A DNA stretch of 55,060 bases, filler included, from Sphacelaria rigidula (Eukaryota): the NCBI GenBank assembly GCA_964200075.2. It is 5 parts of 5 records of this genome, joined end to end, with 100 filler letters (N's around TTAATTAATTAA, not from the genome) between each part and the next. Parts side by side here need not be neighbours in the genome. Positions count along the whole stretch, not along the records: positions 44,129 to 55,060 come from CAXNAA020005659.1; 4 more parts are not named here. One strand, written 5' to 3'. Below, in pieces: positions 49,500-55,060 of this stretch. Made by a program: the position numbers and the translations under genes. Under the pieces are notes generated by a model, which did not search any database, was not told the origin of the DNA, and saw only the letters and a program-made list of their open reading frames with translations. Every line of letters begins with the position of its first letter. The first letter of the stretch is position 1.

Positions 49500-52392
49500 C
49501 AAGAGGAAATCGCGATGCATCTCAAAGCTTGTCTTATCTAACGCTTTCGTGAGAATGCCTGTACACTGCTTCTTACCCGCAATGTGATCTACAGTGATGT
49601 CTTCGTTGCTTACTACTACACGAAGTGATAGTGTACATCGATATGCTCACTATTGGACGAGCTGAGGGGAGTATTTCCCCGTGACTTTGCTCCTTACTAT
49701 CCTCATGCACTGCGATGTTCGGGCAATACTTATAGCATACAAGGCTTCCTCAGCTCGCTCTGCCATGGCTACGTACTCTGCTTCGGTTGTAAACGACGTA
49801 ACACTCTTCTCTGTCCTCGAAAACCAACTTACCAAAGCCCTGCCACAAAAACAGCTACAGTCGATACGGAACGCCTGTCATTCACTTTCTGGGCATGGTC
49901 CGCATCTACGTAAGAATCCAAACCGAAAACAGTTTCTATGCTTGCGGCATCCTCCTTATGGTACGTGAGTCCTAAACGTGCTGTGGAATGAAGATACTCG
50001 AAACTCTTACAAGCTGCTTTCCAGTGTATTTCCTTGGTATCATGCGAAAAATGCGCCAATGCCCTAACAGCGTTTGCGATGTCAGGTCTCGTCTGGGTAG
50101 CAATCGACACCAAGCTTCCCACCACCTCACGGAATGGCATCTTTACCGCGGCCTCGTTATCACTCAAGTGCCTAATGAGGTCCAACAATGAAGAAGCAAG
50201 GATGGAACTGTTGTTTTTTGTTGTGTTAGAACGGTTCGGAAAACAGCGAATAAATTGAGTATGTGAAAAATCTAAAATACCTTGCCCCCTGTCTCCCCTG
50301 TATTCATTACACATATACCACGAGAGCTCGCCAAGATCCTTGGTTGAGAACGAATCATTAAGAGCATCAATCACAATCTCTGCTACATCGTGTGATTCTG
50401 AAATCTGAATGCCGTCCACATGTTCACCATAGATGCCATCAGTCCATCACCTACAGTAAGTCGTAGCACACATGGATCAAACAGACTCTGCTGAAACCCA
50501 ACGGTTTAAAGGGCTGATACTACAGTACCTATTATTTGCACCACATGCGGCTAGCTTGCTTGGAACCACATAGACCGACTCGTTTAGTCTAACGACCTGA
50601 CTTGTCATTGAGACTCCACTACGTACGTTGCAGTCATTTAATACTTCTGAAACTTCACTGAAATCTCCTGCTGCTACCAAGCCAGCAAACTCTGCTTCAA
50701 TCGACTTCTCCCACACTTGAGAATATTGATATTTTCATGTTGCCGTATAGAAAGTCGGCTCTGGTTCCACTTCATGTAATGAGCACGTCGGGAGCCCGTT
50801 CGATTTCTCCACCTGTTCCGCCACCAAGGCCTGAACCAACTGACCCCCTTCATTGGACGCCAGCATAGTGATTAAGCCGTCGGTATTTCGTTGCTGAAGG
50901 ACCTTTGTCTGAACTCGGGTTCTACCCTCCCGGATCTCACCACCATCACGCGGATCGGGTACGTGTGAGCCAAGTTGACGGACTGCTGTCCCTGCCACCG
51001 TGGGTGTTGGGGCGATGTCCTCGGAAGATGATGTCTCGCTTGCTTCCTCAGACGATGCAGTGCTCCGCATTGAGTCAACATCCAGCGATGGCGGAGAGAC
51101 GTTGAGATCTAAATTGTCGGCAGGGGTTGAAGACGTTCCTCCATCTTCTGGTTCTCTTGCTCAAGCCTTCGTCGGAGCTGTGCGGTGTTGGTGAGGGGAT
51201 CCTCTCCCAATGAAGGTAAACGCGACGGTGACGTGAAGTTGGACTCTCCCTGAGTCGATTCTTCGTTGCCATCAATTTCTGGCGTTTTGCGTGCAGGGAT
51301 CGTAGGTAGTGCTACCTCCTGCCTCGGCGGCGCCTCTCAGGTGACGTCTCTCGTCTCTACAACATGGTTCGCTCGCGTCAACATGCGCAGAGAGTCACGC
51401 GGGTGGTCGATTCCCGGCTCGACACAGAAACCGCTCTTGGTCCGGGGGAACGACTTAGATGGGCGATTCCACTGGCAGTATCCAGGTCGCAGAAAAGGAT
51501 ACGGTGTCACTGGTGTCACAGTCCCGTGCCACATCGCATACGGCGATTTGTGCTGCGGGTTTGTCACCGTAGTAGTGTGACTTAGGGCATCGCAAGCCCA
51601 CTGCATCGCCTCCGCCCTGAGTGGCTCCGTTGGTGGAAATAGAACGTGCGGGAAGGAAGTTGGGGGCCTGAATCCTAGCTGCGAGTGCTGATTTTTCAAT
51701 AATGCGTAGACCACTGTAGTGCGTGAGAGGACCGCGTGCTTAATGGACCGCATCGGAATTTGAACACCCCTATGGTTAGGGTTAGGGTGAGTGTTGGGGT
51801 TAGGATCAGGGGCGTGGTACCTGCAGGGGCTGGCCCGATTGGGTTTGAGAAACGTCGATCCTGAGGTGTTTTGAACTATATATGGCGCGGTCCTCTAAGC
51901 ACGCGGTCCTCTCACACATTACACCACGCTCGGCAACTCCCTTGAATTCGGGACTTTTGGCATCAGTGAATTCTTGCTTAAAGCAGCACTGCCTGCACAC
52001 GGTAGAAAACTCACCACCATAGAATTCTTCACCATTATCCGACCGCACAATTTATAGTGCAGACGGAATACAATCGGCACGCACATTAGCCAAAACAATT
52101 TTTACTGTTCTCCGGAGTCAGTGATTTTAGCAAGAAAGCACAGCCAACTATAACGCGAATAATCATCCTTGACGATCACAACATACTGCATTCCTGTCAG
52201 AGAGGACATTGGTTTAGGTCCCCTGAGGTCTGCAAACACTCTCCCTAGTTTCTCATTCGCTCAAGGAGTTGTTCTGCTACAACTTGGTGTACGATAACCT
52301 TTTTCGATTGAATAGCCTGTGCAAGGTTTCAGTTCTCCACACAACTTTACACCAAAGGTTTTGGCTGTCTCCTTCGAAATAGATTCATTTGA
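49500..52392 (-). mobile_element. Decayed Ty1/Copia pol (GAG-pre-integrase, integrase, RT, RNase H)
   Basis: ELKPCTG; RSDNGEEF..QEFTDAKSPEFKGVAER; KDLGELSWY; FREVVGSL..TRPDIANAVRAL; YVDADHA..DRRSVS; VSWFSR..TTEAEYVAM; integrase before RT (Copia order); many stops and frameshifts. Confidence 0.93.
51715..51923 (+). mobile_element. TGT..ACA MITE copy 3, inserted in the Copia integrase
   Basis: 4-bp TSD CCAC; removal restores GVAERGLRIIEKSALAARIQAP. Confidence 0.9.
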
Positions 52393-53304
52393 ATACCCGC
52401 CGCCGCCGCCACCACGACTACCTCGTCTTTTGCCCTTGTGAGGGCGCCTGGCACTCGTCTGCCCATCCTCCCTTTCAGAAGGCGTTGGGCACTGCCGTGC
52501 GATGTGACCAACCTGGCCACACTGAAAGCAAGTGAAATTGGAGGCGGCACTGCCTACGAATTTTGATCCGCGGTTACGCGAGCTCGAAGACTGCGGCGAC
52601 GACGTGGATGATATCCGAATACTTCGACGCGCCGCCATGCCTGAACTTCAGCCGCCACGGTATCCATGACTAAATACGGGTGCGACTTCACGGGTGCGAC
52701 TTCCAATTTGTTTCGTGCTGTAACTGTACAAGCATGGCCTGCCTAAATTTCGCCGGCGCCAGACCCCCCACCAGCGCTGTGGTGACCACCACAGCGGGCC
52801 CTGGGCGAAATTTCCCATCGGACGAACGATAAATCATCTCTACGTTGGGATTTTCCGAAAAAAAAATTCCAACTTACCCATTATGGGCTCCACCCTCTCA
52901 CACATGGTCCTCCCCTTGTGGTTCATTGCGACAGCCTTCGCCACGGCCGCGGACGCCTGAGCAAGCTCTACCTCCGCTCCTGCCGCATGCCCTGCGTGCT
53001 TCTTTATCGCTGCGGCCTACTGCAGCGGCGTTATAGTATGTTTTTCGTGGAACCTTTTCGCGATGACGCGTTGCAAGGGGGTAGGCACTAATTGCGCCAT
53101 AGAAACCACCTGATGCCTCACCGCACGCCCTGCATTCGCATGCTCCACCCTCCTTTTGTATTCCATGTATTTCATGTAAAACGATCGAGAGGCACCCTCA
53201 GAATACAAACTCCCGTAGTTGGGCGGCCGCAACTCTTCCCTTGAAACGACTGGGGTTACGGTCGTTTTTGCTGGCTCGATTGCTGGTACCTCAGTAGTCG
53301 ACAT
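52393..53304 (-). pseudogene. Gag-like fragments: N-terminal ORF 53304-53017 and CCHC zinc knuckle
   Basis: CFQCGQVGHIARQC (CX2CX4HX4C) at about 52490-52531; identity of the upstream ORF is inferred from position only. Confidence 0.55.
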
Positions 53305-53879
53305 TCTCGAGCGGAAAATCGAAGATTTGTGAAACCTTCTCGAACTTCAAATCACACCTGCTTTCTTCGCCGCTCCAACACAGCCTTGGGGTCGTATAAA
53401 CACCCGCTGTACGCAGCTCCAGCAAGTCTCCAGTCTCGATCAATCACGGGCCAGCCAGCCGCCTTTGCAGCTACCTCAGCTTGAAGCCTCCTCTCGTGTC
53501 CGTGAAGCTCTATGCCCGAAGCTAATCACAAGCTGTCTCCCTGCTGAAAATTTCAGCAGTCTCAAACGATAGCTCCTACTAGCACGCCAAGCACTAGCAC
53601 TAATATCGATATTGTGACGCTAGCAGGCTGCTAGCACTGCAGCGTCTAAGTGCTGTTGAGGGGCTCCCCAGCTCCACTGGCCTCAAGGTCTCAGTTGTCA
53701 GCCTTCACGACACCTTATCATTATTCGGAGTAAACACCCGCAGCCCCCTACCATCAAGCCTGGGCTAAACAGCAAGGGTCATCATCCACAGGATGCCCTT
53801 GTCCCCTAGTCATCATCCACGATCCACTATATTATAGTCAACCGTGACGGCGTGATTTCGCCACAGATCTCAGCCCCAT

Positions 53880-54345
53880 TTCGGTCACGCCAGCAAGAGT
53901 TGAGTCACCCGCACGAGGTATCTTTTCTTCACTCCGAATGCCAAGAAGATCTACACGAGTGTTTGATCTCTCATCCATCCATCCCCCCAACTGGGATGTG
54001 ACAGACTGTCTGTTTCCTGTTTTGCAGACGTAGGGTGAAATCAACGACTGCAATAACACCCCCCAGCTACCGAGTATTTGATCTTGCCGCAAGCGCGCAG
54101 CCGTCCTTGCTCGCATGTGTGTGTGAGAGAACAGTAGCGGTAACGGGACCATCACCCTGTCTTTCGACGATTTGTTCTACTGCGCACAGAGACACTTCAT
54201 GTCCAAGTAGAAAGGCCGAGAGAAATCGATATTTGCATTGGTCAGCGCCACAGATCGGAGACGACAACCGGGGCATCCCGCGATCTTGCTGTGCTACAAT
54301 AACCCGCCTACCCACGCATGGCAACCTGAGTATGTGCTGGTACTA
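53880..54345. repeat. Dispersed repeat homologous to 24335-24815; possible LTR
   Basis: Colinear similarity to the segment-3 copy; lies upstream of the gag-like ORF. Confidence 0.65.
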
Positions 54346-55060
54346 TTGATCGATTGATTGATTATATCACATTATTAGCTGATTGCAACAATCCAGCCCG
54401 TGGTCAGAAGCAGAAAAAAAAACAGAAAAACGAAAGAAGGAAAGGAAGGTACAGAAAAAGACAGAAGCAACGGCCTCAGAAAGGAAAGAAGAAACGGAGG
54501 AGCGATAACAACAAAAACATCACCATCACCATCACCACCACCACTACCAACAACAACAACAACAAACAACAAGAGCAAGGGCAATCAACACACTACAGTA
54601 GTGGGCGGTCTAACTATTCAGCGGGTTTTTCGGATTTTCCTCGCGTATACTACTCTTCGATAGAACTCGAAATTACTAGCGTCGGTAGCTTTTGGTACAA
54701 TAACCAGATCACCTTCGTAGCACAGTGCCCAAGTCAGTGCTAGTTGGTGTTATCGGGCGAAACGAGTCAATACCCCGTTCATCAGGAGCGTGTTATTGAC
54801 CGTAAAACACAGTTTTTCGGCCCTAGTGCAATGAGTAGGCAGAATTTCAAAAAAATAAAATTGTACATTTTTCCAGAAATAAATATGATCTGGACAGGCT
54901 CGATCGACCGAAAATACCGAAGAGTAAGGCCGGATGTTATAGCAGCAGATCTTCGGCCCCGGATCTTCAAAATTCGTGTGACACCCATGTTATGGGTACA
55001 GATTTATCGAAATTTTGGGTGAAAAAATCCGTGGCAAAGATTCGGGGCCCGAGTCCCACA

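Overview
Eukaryotic, repeat-dense genomic DNA, most likely from a brown alga (Phaeophyceae). That assignment is inferred from a brown-algal-type Cys-rich domain, short exons in kb-long TE-filled introns and TTAGGG-like tracts. The window is not one locus: it is five segments of exactly 10,932 nt joined by identical 100-nt N44-TTAATTAATTAA-N44 linkers, so nothing can be inferred across linkers. I could reconstruct three partial spliced genes on the minus strand: a CNG/EAG-type cation channel (5 exons, one probable GC-AG intron), a secreted Cys-rich + EGF + probable leishmanolysin-like peptidase (4 exons), and one PurU exon. The rest is mostly mobile DNA: a decayed Sailor-like IS630/Tc1/mariner transposase with about DD124E spacing and an internal inverted duplication, a decayed Ty1/Copia pol, hAT-, piggyBac-, Ginger-, Sola- and mariner-like MITEs, SINE/LINE pieces and foldbacks. 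The least explained features are two unrelated arrays with about 43-nt periodicity and alternating conserved and variable blocks (41290-42645 and 47173-47690). I found no Cas gene, rRNA or convincing tRNA. No novel system is established; the arrays and the transposase hairpin are only candidates.
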